Notes: a model not told the origin generated them from the letters alone. A stretch of 64,000 nucleotides of DNA from an uncultured Nitrososphaerota archaeon (GCA_963703285.1 OY969807.1:1952001-2016000); one strand, 5' to 3'; positions 48,576-58,254 are shown, numbered from the stretch's first letter. Numbers and translations are program-made.

Positions 48576-49010
48576 GTGCCGGCGTGCCCCAACTGCAAAG
48601 CCTCGGTCGCGTCCCCTGAACGGGTCTACAAGGTCGTCGTCGAGCCAGAGCAGGGGGAGCGCGGAATCGTCAAGAGGGACGTCGGGATGTACAGGTGCCA
48701 GCGGTGCGACACGACCTTCCCCAGGGTCCTCGGCCGCGTCCACTACCTTCTCGTCCCCGAGACAGAGTTCAACCGTCTGAAGAAGGAGGGCGAGGAGACC
48801 AAGACCAAGGCCGACGGGCTCGAGGTCGAGATGGTGTCGCTCAGGAAGGAGAAGGCAGAGCACGAGGAGATGCTAACTAGGCAGCTGCGGGACAAGGTGA
48901 TATCCAGTCTCGAGTCCGAACTCGGACAGCTGGAGAAACACGTGAAGCACCTCCAGGCGGAGCGCGACCGCCTGAAGAGCGAGATCGCCAGTTCCCCTGA
49001 GAGCGCCTAG
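48576..49010 (+). CDS. Zn-ribbon (Cren7-like) domain fused to a coiled coil
   Basis: CPNC...PERVYKV...VGMYRCQRC-x-x-x-F-x-x-V followed by about 75 aa of heptad repeats. ATAAAT near 48547. Confidence 0.7.
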   Translation: MPACPNCKASVASPERVYKVVVEPEQGERGIVKRDVGMYRCQRCDTTFPRVLGRVHYLLVPETEFNRLKKEGEETKTKADGLEVEMVSLRKEKAEHEEMLTRQLRDKVISSLESELGQLEKHVKHLQAERDRLKSEIASSPESA

Positions 49011-49240
49011 GCGCTACCCTCTAACGAGGAGATCTGCCCTTCGAGGTCGGCCTTCTCCGTCTTCAGCATCTCTACGGTGGCCTGCAGGGCTGATCCCTTC
49101 TTCTCGAGGTCAAGCAGTGTGCGCTTCTGTCTTAGTGCCTCGACCTCTTCCATCAGCGAGGCTCTCTCTTTCTCGAGATTCTCAAGCCTCTCTTCTAGTT
49201 CGCTCTTCTTCTTCTGGAATTCGCGGTCGTCGGATGCCAT
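49007..49240 (-). CDS. small coiled-coil protein
   Basis: 77 aa of continuous heptads, convergent with 48576-49010 and overlapping its stop. Confidence 0.7.
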   Translation of the reverse strand: MASDDREFQKKKSELEERLENLEKERASLMEEVEALRQKRTLLDLEKKGSALQATVEMLKTEKADLEGQISSLEGSA

Positions 49241-49365
49241 TGTGGGCGCCGCATTGCTAACCAAAGAACGAGTTATTCAATCTTTGGCGCCCCGGTGAAG
49301 GAAGCGTGACCTAATCAGTAGCGCGTTACTACCAAGTATAATAGGGAGACCACCCGAGTCCGTCC

Positions 49366-50436
49366 ATGACCGTGACAGAGTTTGACGGGCTGGTCAAGGG
49401 TCTTCACCACATCACCCTCGTAACCTCCAACCAGGAGATCAACCGGAGGTTCTACACCGAGGTGCTAGGTCTCCGCAGGGTGAAGCTCACGGTGAACCAG
49501 GACGACATCTTCCACCGTCACCTGTTCTACGCCGACGAAAGGGGCACGACGGGGAGCGCGATAACCTTCTTCGAATGGCCGGAGCTCCCCCAGGGGACCG
49601 CTGGGCTGGGCTCGCCCCACCATCTCTCCTACAGGGTCCCCAGGCTGGATGCGATCCCCGCCTGGCTCTCCTGGCTCCGCTCGGCCGGGGTTCACGCTGT
49701 CGGCCCTCTGCCCAGGGACGGCCGTGTCTCGGTCTACCTGCGGGACCCTGACGGAGTGAGCCTGGAGCTCGCCGCGGCCAACGACGAAAGGCTGACCGAC
49801 GAGGATGTCGCCGAGCTCGGCAGGAACCTCCCCGCCGTCAGCTCTATAACGAGCGACATGAGGCTAACCACCTTCGACCACGCCAGCCCCATCTCCTCCG
49901 ACCCGGCGCTCACAGCGGCGTTCTTCGAGAAGTTCGTCGGCCTGAAGCGGGGCTCCTCCCTCAAGGACCCCGACGACGGTGACGCGACGATCCTGCCGAT
50001 AGGGAACGAGTCGCGGCCTGACTTCTTCCGCTACCTGGCCTCGGAGAGGGCAGACGCTGGCTTCGTCGGACGGGGGAGCATCCATCACATCGCGATGGCG
50101 GTCGATGACGACCGCGACCAGCTCAGGATCATGCGGCACCTCGACGACGTCGGCATCAGGAACTCGGGCATAATCGACAGGTTCTGGTTCCACTCGCTCT
50201 ACTTCCGCGATCCCGACGGGAATCTCCTGGAGATTGCGACGAAGGGTCCGGGCTACGCCGTCGATGAGCCGCCGGAGTCCCTCGGGTCGCGCCTGGTCCT
50301 GCCCAAGTGGGTGGAGCCCAAGCGGAGGGAGATAGAGGCGTTCCTCAGGAAGACCGACGAGTCGAACGCGGCTGCGTGGCCGCCGACCTACCCCGACACC
50401 CCGCGGAAGCCGGAATCCTTAACGCTGCGTAGCTGA
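49366..50436 (+). CDS. ring-cleaving dioxygenase / glyoxalase (MhqO-like)
   Basis: GLHHIT, FYTEVLGLR-x-VK-x-TVNQDD, HLFY, ITFFEW, G-x-IHHIA and DRFWFHSLYFRDPDG-x-x-x-EIAT-x-GPG. Confidence 0.9.
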   Translation: MTVTEFDGLVKGLHHITLVTSNQEINRRFYTEVLGLRRVKLTVNQDDIFHRHLFYADERGTTGSAITFFEWPELPQGTAGLGSPHHLSYRVPRLDAIPAWLSWLRSAGVHAVGPLPRDGRVSVYLRDPDGVSLELAAANDERLTDEDVAELGRNLPAVSSITSDMRLTTFDHASPISSDPALTAAFFEKFVGLKRGSSLKDPDDGDATILPIGNESRPDFFRYLASERADAGFVGRGSIHHIAMAVDDDRDQLRIMRHLDDVGIRNSGIIDRFWFHSLYFRDPDGNLLEIATKGPGYAVDEPPESLGSRLVLPKWVEPKRREIEAFLRKTDESNAAAWPPTYPDTPRKPESLTLRS

Positions 50437-50449
50437 GCCGGTCAACGAA

Positions 50450-51097
50450 TTGCCAGGCCCGGAGCCGTCAACGCCCAGCTTCATCCATCGATTCGTGCCT
50501 GGCGAGAAGGACTGCCCTATTGTGCTCCTCCTGCTCCACGGGACCGGCGGGAACGAGGACGACCTCCTCGACCTCGGCCGGCAGCTCCTCCCCGGCGCGG
50601 CCATGCTAAGCCCCCGCGGAAAGGTCCTGGAGGACGGGATGCCGAGGTTCTTCAGGCGGCTAGCAGAGGGTGTGTTCGACGTCAACGACCTGGTCGACAG
50701 GACGGAGGAGCTCGCCAGGTTCGTCGAGGCGTCGGTTGCGAAGCACTCTCCCGGCAAGAAGGTCATCGCGGTTGGCTACTCGAACGGCGCGAACATCGCC
50801 GCGAGCCTCCTGCTCCTTCGCCCGCACCTTCTCAAGGGCGCCGTCCTCTTCCGGCCGATGGTCCCGTTCACGATGCAGGCTGTGCCCGACCTCTCGGACG
50901 TCCGTGTCCTGATAGAATCCGGGTCCCGGGACGTGATCGTACCGAAGGACCAGCCGGCGGCCCTCGAGGCAACGCTGCGGCGCGGCGACGCGCAGGTCAG
51001 CCTCATATGGCAGGAGGCGGGGCACCAGCTGACGAGGCCCGACATCGAGGCTGCGCAAGCCTGGCTCTCGCAGCTCTCGGAAGATCTTTCGCGCTGA
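50450..51097 (+). CDS. phospholipase/carboxylesterase (MhqD-like)
   Basis: LLLHGTGGNE-x-DL, PRFFRR, GYSNGANIA nucleophile elbow and GHQLT. Confidence 0.9.
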   Translation: MPGPEPSTPSFIHRFVPGEKDCPIVLLLLHGTGGNEDDLLDLGRQLLPGAAMLSPRGKVLEDGMPRFFRRLAEGVFDVNDLVDRTEELARFVEASVAKHSPGKKVIAVGYSNGANIAASLLLLRPHLLKGAVLFRPMVPFTMQAVPDLSDVRVLIESGSRDVIVPKDQPAALEATLRRGDAQVSLIWQEAGHQLTRPDIEAAQAWLSQLSEDLSR

Positions 51098-51144
51098 TCA
51101 CATGCACCAAGGCTAAAATAGGTTTGGGGGTGCGCTCGAACGCC

Positions 51145-51792
51145 TTGAATGACGGCGGCGCGCCCTCGAAGGCCGGGTCCAAAGGGAGGGTCCGCGGCCG
51201 TTCGGCCAAGGGCCTCCGGACCAGGAGCACCATAGCGTGGGTCGTCGCCGTCGTCCTGGTCGCCCTCCTGGTGGTCTACGCCTTCGGCGGGTCCCTCGCG
51301 AAACCGTCCACCACAACCTTCAGCGGGACGACGAGCACGGCCTACGACGTACAGGCATCCTCCGTCGTCCTCGATGCCTCGCAGCAGTATCCCGCCGGAT
51401 ACAACGCAACGTCGTCGGGGAGTCTCAAGGTGACCTATCCGGGCGTGCAGAGCGGTGCCTACGCGCTTCTCGCGGATTCGCAGTCCGCCGCGAACATCAC
51501 GGTCCTCGTCTTCAACACGGCTAACTCCAGCCAGAACTACTACGGGGACTTCAAGTCGGGGGTTCAAGGCCTGCCCGGATACACCGACATCAGCGGCGTG
51601 CTCTCGGGGTACACGCAGTACGGCCTGTGCTACGCGTACGGAGAGGACGTCGACGGCATAGCGGTTGCCAACGGGATCTGCACCGACGGGAACGTCTTCC
51701 TGCTGGTCCACCTCTCCTCGAGCGAGCCCTTCTCGCAGCTGGAGGACGACCTCTCGACCATAATGGGCGCCATGTACGAGAGCGTGCAGTGA
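51145..51792 (+). CDS. membrane-anchored extracellular hypothetical protein
   Basis: Basic N-terminus, one TM, Thr linker and a globular domain with two Cys. Confidence 0.7.
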   Translation: MNDGGAPSKAGSKGRVRGRSAKGLRTRSTIAWVVAVVLVALLVVYAFGGSLAKPSTTTFSGTTSTAYDVQASSVVLDASQQYPAGYNATSSGSLKVTYPGVQSGAYALLADSQSAANITVLVFNTANSSQNYYGDFKSGVQGLPGYTDISGVLSGYTQYGLCYAYGEDVDGIAVANGICTDGNVFLLVHLSSSEPFSQLEDDLSTIMGAMYESVQ

Positions 51793-51877
51793 GCCGCTCC
51801 CCTCTCATTGCAGTTGGTTTGAGTTGATTTGAATTGATACCGCGTCGTTAACTACCGCGCCGCAGACGCGGGCCGAC

Positions 51878-52711
51878 ATGAAGATAGGGTCGGCGATACC
51901 GCGTCTCCTCGAGAGGAAGTACCCGACGGTCAGGCCATCGTATCCTCTGCTGACGGTGCTTTACCTCCTGAGGATTCAGGACATTCCTGCGGTGCCGATC
52001 GTCGGGGACGGGAAGGCCCCACGGGCCGTCTTCGGTTTCTCAGTCCTGCCCAAGATGATGGACCTCACCCCGAAGACCTTCGATGCGTACCTATCGGGAC
52101 CGTGCGAGGCTGCGTCGGACGAGCTCGAGTCCTTCAGCATGGACGACGATGTCGAGGACCTGCTCGAGTCGTTCGAGAGGACCAAGCTCGGGGTATCGCT
52201 CGTCAGCGGGAAGGCGAGGGGCCAGCCTCACGCGACGCTCGTGACGCTCGTGGACCTCCTCAGGCTGTACAAGACGAGGCAGTTCACGTCTGACATGCTC
52301 GTCGAAGAGGTCGGAAGTCCGATCGTCGCCCTACCGGGGAAGACCTCCGTCCGGGACGCCGTCCAGACGATGTTCCGGCTCAAGGTCAGGAGGGTCTTCA
52401 TATCCGGAGAGAGGATGTACATCTCCGACCGAAGCATAGTCGAACGAGTCCTCAGCCCAGCCTCCCTCGTACGCTCGGCCGGCGAGGAGGGAATCGGCGC
52501 TCTCAAGGCCGAGATAGAGACGCTCAAGAAGACTTCGCCGATCGAGGTCCAGAAAGGGACCAGCCTGCAATCGGCCGCGCTCCGGCTCAGGAGCGATTGG
52601 GGACCCTGCCTCACGGTTCAGGGGGAGGACAGGGTACTGACACCTTGGGACGTCATAATGAAGCCCTGGGCGGCCGAGAGGCTCACGATAAGGTCCCAGC
52701 CCCGGGACTGA
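51878..52711 (+). CDS. degenerate CBS-domain protein
   Basis: Repeated CBS-like units, e.g. V-x-E-x-GSPIV...SVRDAV-x-x-M-x-x-x-KVRRV and LTPWDVI. Confidence 0.65.
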   Translation: MKIGSAIPRLLERKYPTVRPSYPLLTVLYLLRIQDIPAVPIVGDGKAPRAVFGFSVLPKMMDLTPKTFDAYLSGPCEAASDELESFSMDDDVEDLLESFERTKLGVSLVSGKARGQPHATLVTLVDLLRLYKTRQFTSDMLVEEVGSPIVALPGKTSVRDAVQTMFRLKVRRVFISGERMYISDRSIVERVLSPASLVRSAGEEGIGALKAEIETLKKTSPIEVQKGTSLQSAALRLRSDWGPCLTVQGEDRVLTPWDVIMKPWAAERLTIRSQPRD

Positions 52712-52723
52712 CCTCGTAACCTG

Positions 52724-53155
52724 TTACTCGCCCAGTGCCTTGTTCGACAGCCGCAGCCTTGCCGCGAGCTCCTTCAGCAGCCTGATTGCGATATCCGGGT
52801 TGGACTTTACCATCCCGGTGAAAGACCACGCCGAGATGGCCAGACACTTCGTCTCTGAGATCGCCTCCACCGTCGCGGACCTGGGTTCGCTGTCGAACAG
52901 GGACATCTCGCCGAAGAAGTCGCCCGCCTTTAGCTCGGCCAGCGTCTTGGTGCCCTTCCTTACTCTGACCTTGCCATCCATTACGAGGAAGAACCCGACC
53001 CCGACCGTGCCCTCGTCGACGATGTGCTGCCCGGGGGCGTAGCTGAGCTCCTTGCCTCCGGCGGCGACGGTCTTCAGCTGCTTCCCGTTGAGCGTGGAAA
53101 AGAGAGGCACGCCCTTCAACACCTCGGCCAGTTGCTCTTGCGGGCTCTTGGTCAA
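52724..53155 (-). CDS. stand-alone cyclic nucleotide-binding domain protein
   Basis: L-x-x-VPLFS-x-L and phosphate-binding cassette GDFFGEMSLFD-x-x-PRSATV. No HTH. Confidence 0.92.
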   Translation of the reverse strand: MTKSPQEQLAEVLKGVPLFSTLNGKQLKTVAAGGKELSYAPGQHIVDEGTVGVGFFLVMDGKVRVRKGTKTLAELKAGDFFGEMSLFDSEPRSATVEAISETKCLAISAWSFTGMVKSNPDIAIRLLKELAARLRLSNKALGE

Positions 53156-53467
53156 CCGTGAGGTTCGGAGGGTTCTGCAAATTTAATCCTTTCGCAACTG
53201 TGTGGACAGTCTTCCCGCCCGTCGCCCCTTTCCGAACGGCAATCCCGCCGGCCGTCAGCGCCGCGCTCCACCTTGAGTCGGTCCGGGTCGAGCGGCAGTG
53301 GTAGCGCAGCATCTCGAATCTATTGCGGGGGCCCCTCATCGGCTTATGCTACAAGAGTACGTTCTTCGGCGTTCGGCATGGCATTCCAGAACAAAGTACG
53401 GCGAGTCGGCGCGATTCCCAAGACGTTTGGCAAACGCATTTATCCGGGTTTCGACAAATCACAGCAC

Positions 53468-53695
53468 ATGGACGAAAGGGAGGATGCCTCCATCGCGGTG
53501 GTCGGTGCGCGCGGCGAGATTGTCCTCTCCCAGGATTTGCGAACTCAACTGGCCCTGAAGCCGAAGACGAAGCTCATGGTCTACAGGAAGGACGACAAGC
53601 TCGTCATCACCAAGCTCAACCTCCCAGTGGCAGGGGACGGTCTCGGCAAGACCCTCATGCAGAAGCGTCAGCACAAGAGACGGGCAGGAGCTTGA
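53468..53695 (+). CDS. AbrB/MazE/SpoVT-type DNA-binding protein
   Basis: VG-x-RG-x-IVL-x-x-x-LR-x-x-L-x-LKP-x-x-KL. TTTAT near 53439. Confidence 0.8.
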   Translation: MDEREDASIAVVGARGEIVLSQDLRTQLALKPKTKLMVYRKDDKLVITKLNLPVAGDGLGKTLMQKRQHKRRAGA

Positions 53696-53716
53696 GCCGT
53701 TGACTTCGGCGTCCCC

Positions 53717-55258
53717 CTATGCCGACGTCGACTCCGCTCGAACCGGGGTCGGGGCGTTGGGCTCTCCATAGGCCACCTGTGTTCTCTTGGCCGGCCCGAC
53801 TGAGAGCAGTAGGGACGTCACGATTGCTAGGGCGGCGAAGATACCCGAGGCCACGAAGGCGTACCTGAAGGCCGTGACCAGATTGCTCCCATACACGGTG
53901 ATGCCCTGGCCATGTGTCACGACGCCGATCACGCTCACCGCCACAGCCAATCCTATGGGCCCTCCAACCTGCCTCGACGTGTTAATCAGGCCAGACGCCA
54001 CGCCCTCCTCGCCGCGCCCTGCGCCCGCGAGCGCCGCTATGTTCGACGCTGTCGCGGAGAGCGCACCGCCGGTTGTCGCCAGGAGCAGCGCCGGCAGGAT
54101 CACCGTCGGGTAGCTCGAGGTCGCGGAGACCCGGGCCATGAGGAAAAGGCCGGCGGAGAGAGCCGCCATCGCCCCCACGAGGACCGGTTTGGCTCCCACC
54201 CTCCTCACTAGCTTCGGCGCGGCGAATCCTCCAAGGAAGAAGTAGACAATGGATCCGGGAATCAGCGCCGCCGCGGCGAGGAGCGGCGAATAGAACAGCA
54301 GTACCTGGAAGTAGGTCGTCAGCAGGAAGATCATCGGGACCGTCGTCGCGAACGTCAAGAGGGCGGTCGCGTTGGCGAAGAAGATGGTCCTCCGCCGAAG
54401 GAAGCTCAGAGGCATGACCGGTGCGGCCGAACGCCTCTCGATGGCCACGAAGGCGGCCAGCGTAATGCCCGCGAGGACGAACGACGCGTAGGTCACGTAC
54501 GACGCATCCGCGTTCCCGAGCTCGCTTAGCCCGTACACTAGGAGCATCAGCCCCGCAGTCACGGAGACGGCTCCGGGCAGGTCGAGGCTCCGCCTGGTCC
54601 CCTTCTCGACCCCGGAGTCAGGGAGGGCCCTGAACGCGACCAAGGTCACGATGATGCCTATGGGGACGTTGACGAAGAATATCCACCTCCACCCGAGAGC
54701 CTCTGTAAGGACGCCCCCGAGTATGACGCCGGCAGAGAACCCCGCCGACGAGACGGCCGTGAATATCCCCAGGGCCTGGTTCAGCCTCCCCAGCGGCGCG
54801 AAGATTCTCATTATCAGCGCAAGGCCGGTGGCTGACGCGAGCGCAGCCCCGACCCCCTGCACCACCCTCGCCGTGATTAGTACCGTCTCCGACGTCGCCA
54901 GACCAGCCGTGAGGGAGGAGAGGGAGAAGATGAGGAGGCCTATCAAGAACAAACGCTTGCGGCCGTAGATGTCTGAGAGGCGCCCGCTCAGCAGGAGGAA
55001 GCCCGCGAATGTCAGGCCGTACGCGCTGACTATCCACTGCAGGTCGGCGAGCGACATCGCCAGCTGCGTCCGAATCGTGGGGAGGGCTATCTGGACGATC
55101 GAGAAGTCCACCACCATCGCGAACTGCGCCATCACGAGTAGTCCGAGTATGAGGCCCAGGCGCGGCTTCGCAACCGGCGCACTGGTCCTCTGGACCGAGA
55201 CCGTCGCCTGCTGAGGTGGAGAACCGTCACTGGTTTTCAAGGCCTGTCGTAGCATCAC
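53717..55258 (-). CDS. MFS drug:H+ antiporter (DHA2, 14 TM)
   Basis: VD-x-SIV-x-IALP-x-I, GRLSD-x-YGRKRLF, WRWIFFVNVP and ASG-x-x-NTSRQVGG. Confidence 0.93.
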   Translation of the reverse strand: MMLRQALKTSDGSPPQQATVSVQRTSAPVAKPRLGLILGLLVMAQFAMVVDFSIVQIALPTIRTQLAMSLADLQWIVSAYGLTFAGFLLLSGRLSDIYGRKRLFLIGLLIFSLSSLTAGLATSETVLITARVVQGVGAALASATGLALIMRIFAPLGRLNQALGIFTAVSSAGFSAGVILGGVLTEALGWRWIFFVNVPIGIIVTLVAFRALPDSGVEKGTRRSLDLPGAVSVTAGLMLLVYGLSELGNADASYVTYASFVLAGITLAAFVAIERRSAAPVMPLSFLRRRTIFFANATALLTFATTVPMIFLLTTYFQVLLFYSPLLAAAALIPGSIVYFFLGGFAAPKLVRRVGAKPVLVGAMAALSAGLFLMARVSATSSYPTVILPALLLATTGGALSATASNIAALAGAGRGEEGVASGLINTSRQVGGPIGLAVAVSVIGVVTHGQGITVYGSNLVTAFRYAFVASGIFAALAIVTSLLLSVGPAKRTQVAYGEPNAPTPVRAESTSA

Positions 55259-55343
55259 TATTGGGTGTCCAATATAAGTGTATCGTCACATTCATCCTTA
55301 TTATCCTCGGTCGGTCTCCGGCACGCTCAGTCTGACGTCCTCG

Positions 55344-55715
55344 ATGACCTCCTTAGAGCGTCCCCGCGCGAATGGAATCGACCATCTCAACCTCAAGGTT
55401 AGCGATCTGGAGAAGTCCAGCAAGTTCTACTGCGGGATACTTGGTATGGAGGAGGCGTTCGCGGAGCTACCACGCGCCGTCTTCCTGAGGTGCGGGGGCG
55501 ACCTGCTAACCCTAGCCAAGACCAAGAGCAGACCTAGGGAAACGAGCGTGCACTTTGGGTTTCAAGCCAGAGACAGGGCCGATTTCGAGGCATGGAAGAG
55601 GTGGTTGCCAAGCAACCACATCCGAATCGCAAGGGAGAGGGCTGAACAAACCGTTGAAGGATTCTACTTCAAAGACCCCGACCGATACACGATAGAGATA
55701 TTCTACGAAGCGTGA
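55344..55715 (+). CDS. VOC/glyoxalase family protein
   Basis: IDHLNL-x-VSDLEKS-x-x-FY, HFGF and YFKDPD-x-x-x-IEI. Confidence 0.88.
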   Translation: MTSLERPRANGIDHLNLKVSDLEKSSKFYCGILGMEEAFAELPRAVFLRCGGDLLTLAKTKSRPRETSVHFGFQARDRADFEAWKRWLPSNHIRIARERAEQTVEGFYFKDPDRYTIEIFYEA

Positions 55716-55826
55716 AAGGGATTTTTCGGAAGGGTCCAAAGCCCGAGACGTCTCCAGCCTCCGATTCTCCTCGATTTCGCTCCATAAGTTCGAGCATATA
55801 TGGGCGCATTACGATGGTATGGTAGG

Positions 55827-56441
55827 ATGGCCTCCAGCGCTTCGAGGGTGTTTCTGGACCTTAGCGCATTGGGGCTAGTGCTCGCCTTCTATCACGCGTA
55901 CCTGGAGAGCGCGTTCACAACCAACATCTTCGCTGTCAAGTACTCCTCTCTAGCGTCCTTCTACGGCGTGCCCTACTGGCTCTTCGGTGTAGTCTGGTTC
56001 CCGCTCGTGCTCGCCCTTGGCCTCTGGTCGACACGGCTGGGGAGAGTCAGCCTGAACAAGAAACTGCTCGTCCTGCTGACCGTAGGCAATCTCTTCACCG
56101 TATATCTCTGGTACCTCGACGTCTACGTGGTCGTCGCTTTCAACGCCGTCAACATCGGTCTCTACGCGATGAACTACGCATTGACGGGCCTCGTCGTGTT
56201 CCAAAACCGCTCGGACGACGTGATGCGCGGGTTCGTCTACGGCACCGTCGTCGGCGGCGCAGTGGGTCTGATTTTCGGTGTCTTCGGAGTGGCAGCTTGC
56301 GGAGTCGCCGGCGGCATCCTGGGAGCTGCGAGGAACCTCGCGACTCCGGGTCGAGGGTCTGCCTCCAGGCCCTGGCCGGGTGCGGGAGGGACACAGGCAA
56401 CGGGCAATCCGCCGCGGGCGGGCGTCCGACCCGGAGCCTAG
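55827..56441 (+). CDS. VKOR-like membrane protein lacking all catalytic cysteines
   Basis: S-x-x-A-x-FYGVP-x-x-x-x-G-x-x-WF and YLWY-x-x-x-x-VV-x-AF align with VKOR, but the CXXC position reads NAVN (56142-56153). Gly-rich extra TM hairpin. Confidence 0.65.
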   Translation: MASSASRVFLDLSALGLVLAFYHAYLESAFTTNIFAVKYSSLASFYGVPYWLFGVVWFPLVLALGLWSTRLGRVSLNKKLLVLLTVGNLFTVYLWYLDVYVVVAFNAVNIGLYAMNYALTGLVVFQNRSDDVMRGFVYGTVVGGAVGLIFGVFGVAACGVAGGILGAARNLATPGRGSASRPWPGAGGTQATGNPPRAGVRPGA

Positions 56442-57709
56442 GGTTCCGTGTGGGCGACGTTGCGCCTGTTGAAGTAGGCGAAGGTCCAGTCGAAGACCAC
56501 CCCGAGCCTGTTGCGGGAGGCGGACATCAGCGAGATGTGAACGACCCTCCAGATGGCCCACCCCATGAAGCCGGACGTCTTGAGCCAGCCGAGGTCTGCG
56601 ACCCCGACATTCCTGCCCAGAGACACCATGAACCCCTTGTTGTTGTACGAGAACGGCGTGACGCTCCTCCCGGCCATAAGCTCGGGCAGGGCCTCGGCAA
56701 GCCACTTCCCCTGCTGGACGGCGGCGGCCGCCGTCTCCGGGGGCCTCTTCCCGGTCTTGCCGTCCACCCAGTACGCGATGTCACCTAGCGCGAAGACCTC
56801 CGGATGCCCGTCGACCCTCAAGAGGCCGTCCACCTTGACGCGCCCCCTCTCCTTCTCGACCTTGAGCGACTCCACGAGCTTTGATGGCTTCACTCCGGCC
56901 GTCCAGAAGACGTTCTCGGACTCGATCACCTCGCCGCTCTCGAGAAGGACACCGCGCTCGCTGACCTCGGCCACCTTCGTCGACGTCCGGACCTCCACGC
57001 CCCTCCTCGCGAGCGCTTCCGCGGACTTCCGGACCACGTAATCGGGCTGACCGGGAAGCACGGTTGGGCGGGCCTCCACCACCACGACCCTCGGTTCCTC
57101 CGTCACTTCCGGGCAGTCCTTCCGCATCATCCTGACGAAGTCCCTGACGGATCCTGCAAGCTCCATCCCCGTCGGCCCGGCGCCGATGACGACGAAGGTG
57201 AGGAGGGCCCTCCTCGCGTCTTCATCCTTCTCGAGCGCAGCCCTCTCTATCGCTCCGACTATCCGGTTGTGCATGAGCCGACCGTCGTTGATGGTCTTGA
57301 GCGACAGCGCGTGGTCCGCGACCCCCTTCATCCCGAAGTCGTTGCTGACGGAGCCCACCGCGAGGACGAGGTAATCGTATGCCAGCTCTCCGAAGTCGGT
57401 CTGGACCCTCCTCCCTACCATGTCGACCGAGGTCACCTCTCCCTCTAGGAAGCGGAAGCCGTGAGACCTTGCCTGCGGGCGCACTATCTGGGCCAGGTGG
57501 TCCATATCCACAACCCCCGTCGCAGTCTGGTACAGGAGCGGAGTGAAGAGATGGAAGTTCCTGCGGCTGACGAGGGTGACCTCCGCTCCCAGGTCTTTTT
57601 TCAGTCCCAGAGCTACCGACATGCCGCCGAAGCCTGCCCCGATTATCAGAATCCTGGGCTTGTTCGCCGTCGACGTGGGCGGGCCACCGACGCTGGGCCT
57701 GATGACCAC
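56438..57709 (-). CDS. ndh: type II NADH:quinone oxidoreductase (NDH-2)
   Basis: IGAGFGG, FTPLLYQ-x-ATG, GAGPTG-x-E-x-AG, W-x-AGV, ALGD and A-x-x-A-x-QQG. Confidence 0.92.
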   Translation of the reverse strand: MVIRPSVGGPPTSTANKPRILIIGAGFGGMSVALGLKKDLGAEVTLVSRRNFHLFTPLLYQTATGVVDMDHLAQIVRPQARSHGFRFLEGEVTSVDMVGRRVQTDFGELAYDYLVLAVGSVSNDFGMKGVADHALSLKTINDGRLMHNRIVGAIERAALEKDEDARRALLTFVVIGAGPTGMELAGSVRDFVRMMRKDCPEVTEEPRVVVVEARPTVLPGQPDYVVRKSAEALARRGVEVRTSTKVAEVSERGVLLESGEVIESENVFWTAGVKPSKLVESLKVEKERGRVKVDGLLRVDGHPEVFALGDIAYWVDGKTGKRPPETAAAAVQQGKWLAEALPELMAGRSVTPFSYNNKGFMVSLGRNVGVADLGWLKTSGFMGWAIWRVVHISLMSASRNRLGVVFDWTFAYFNRRNVAHTEP

Positions 57710-57826
57710 CTGTTATCAACCGATTTGTGCGGCCGAGGTTAAATAGCTAGCCTAAGTTCACTCCCTTCGCGAATTACGGGATTCTCCTCGTCACGCTTAT
57801 AAGAAGAGGTTGTGGAAAACCGGCCC

Positions 57827-58138
57827 ATGGCTGAATACTCGTTCGACCATTTTGCGAAAGAATACCCCGAGCTTGCCTCGAGGTACACCAAACTCGTGGA
57901 CGCGCAGAGGTCCCTGAAGGGGCTGGATCCGAAGACGAGACAGCTGATAAACATCGGCATCCAGACTGCGAACGGAAGCCTCAGGGGCGTCAAGTACCAC
58001 GCCACGATGGCGAGGAAGGCTGGCGCGACGAAGGCCGAAGTCCTTGGAGCGGTCGTGTTGAACCTCCACGTCCGGGGGGTCGGAGTGGTGCTCGACACGC
58101 TTCCGGCCGCGATCGCTGGATTTCAAGCCAAAGAGTAG
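57827..58138 (+). CDS. carboxymuconolactone decarboxylase (CMD/AhpD-like) family protein
   Basis: LDPKTRQLI-x-I...H-x-x-x-A-x-x-x-GAT-x-x-E, no CXXC. TTATAAG near 57797. Confidence 0.85.
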   Translation: MAEYSFDHFAKEYPELASRYTKLVDAQRSLKGLDPKTRQLINIGIQTANGSLRGVKYHATMARKAGATKAEVLGAVVLNLHVRGVGVVLDTLPAAIAGFQAKE

Positions 58139-58254
58139 CCGAGGGCGGTCAGGGGCTGACCTCTCCAGGCCGCGCCCAAGCATGACTCGTACCAGAATTG
58201 AGAACTCGCGTTATAAGTTTTAATACGGCCGGTCCCGCGCTAGAGGAACGCATC

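Noticed and set aside
49317-49338. Imperfect palindromes (AGTA-N6-TACT, TACT-N4-AGTA) upstream of the mhqO-like gene
   Set aside because: Short, overlapping the TATA region and without a cognate regulator nearby.
53280-53345. AGTGGTAGCGC resembling a tRNA D-loop in a 310-bp intergenic gap
   Set aside because: No D-stem pairing, anticodon arm or TTCG T-loop.
53468-53695. Toxin-antitoxin pair
   Set aside because: The AbrB-type gene has no adjacent PIN or MazF toxin.
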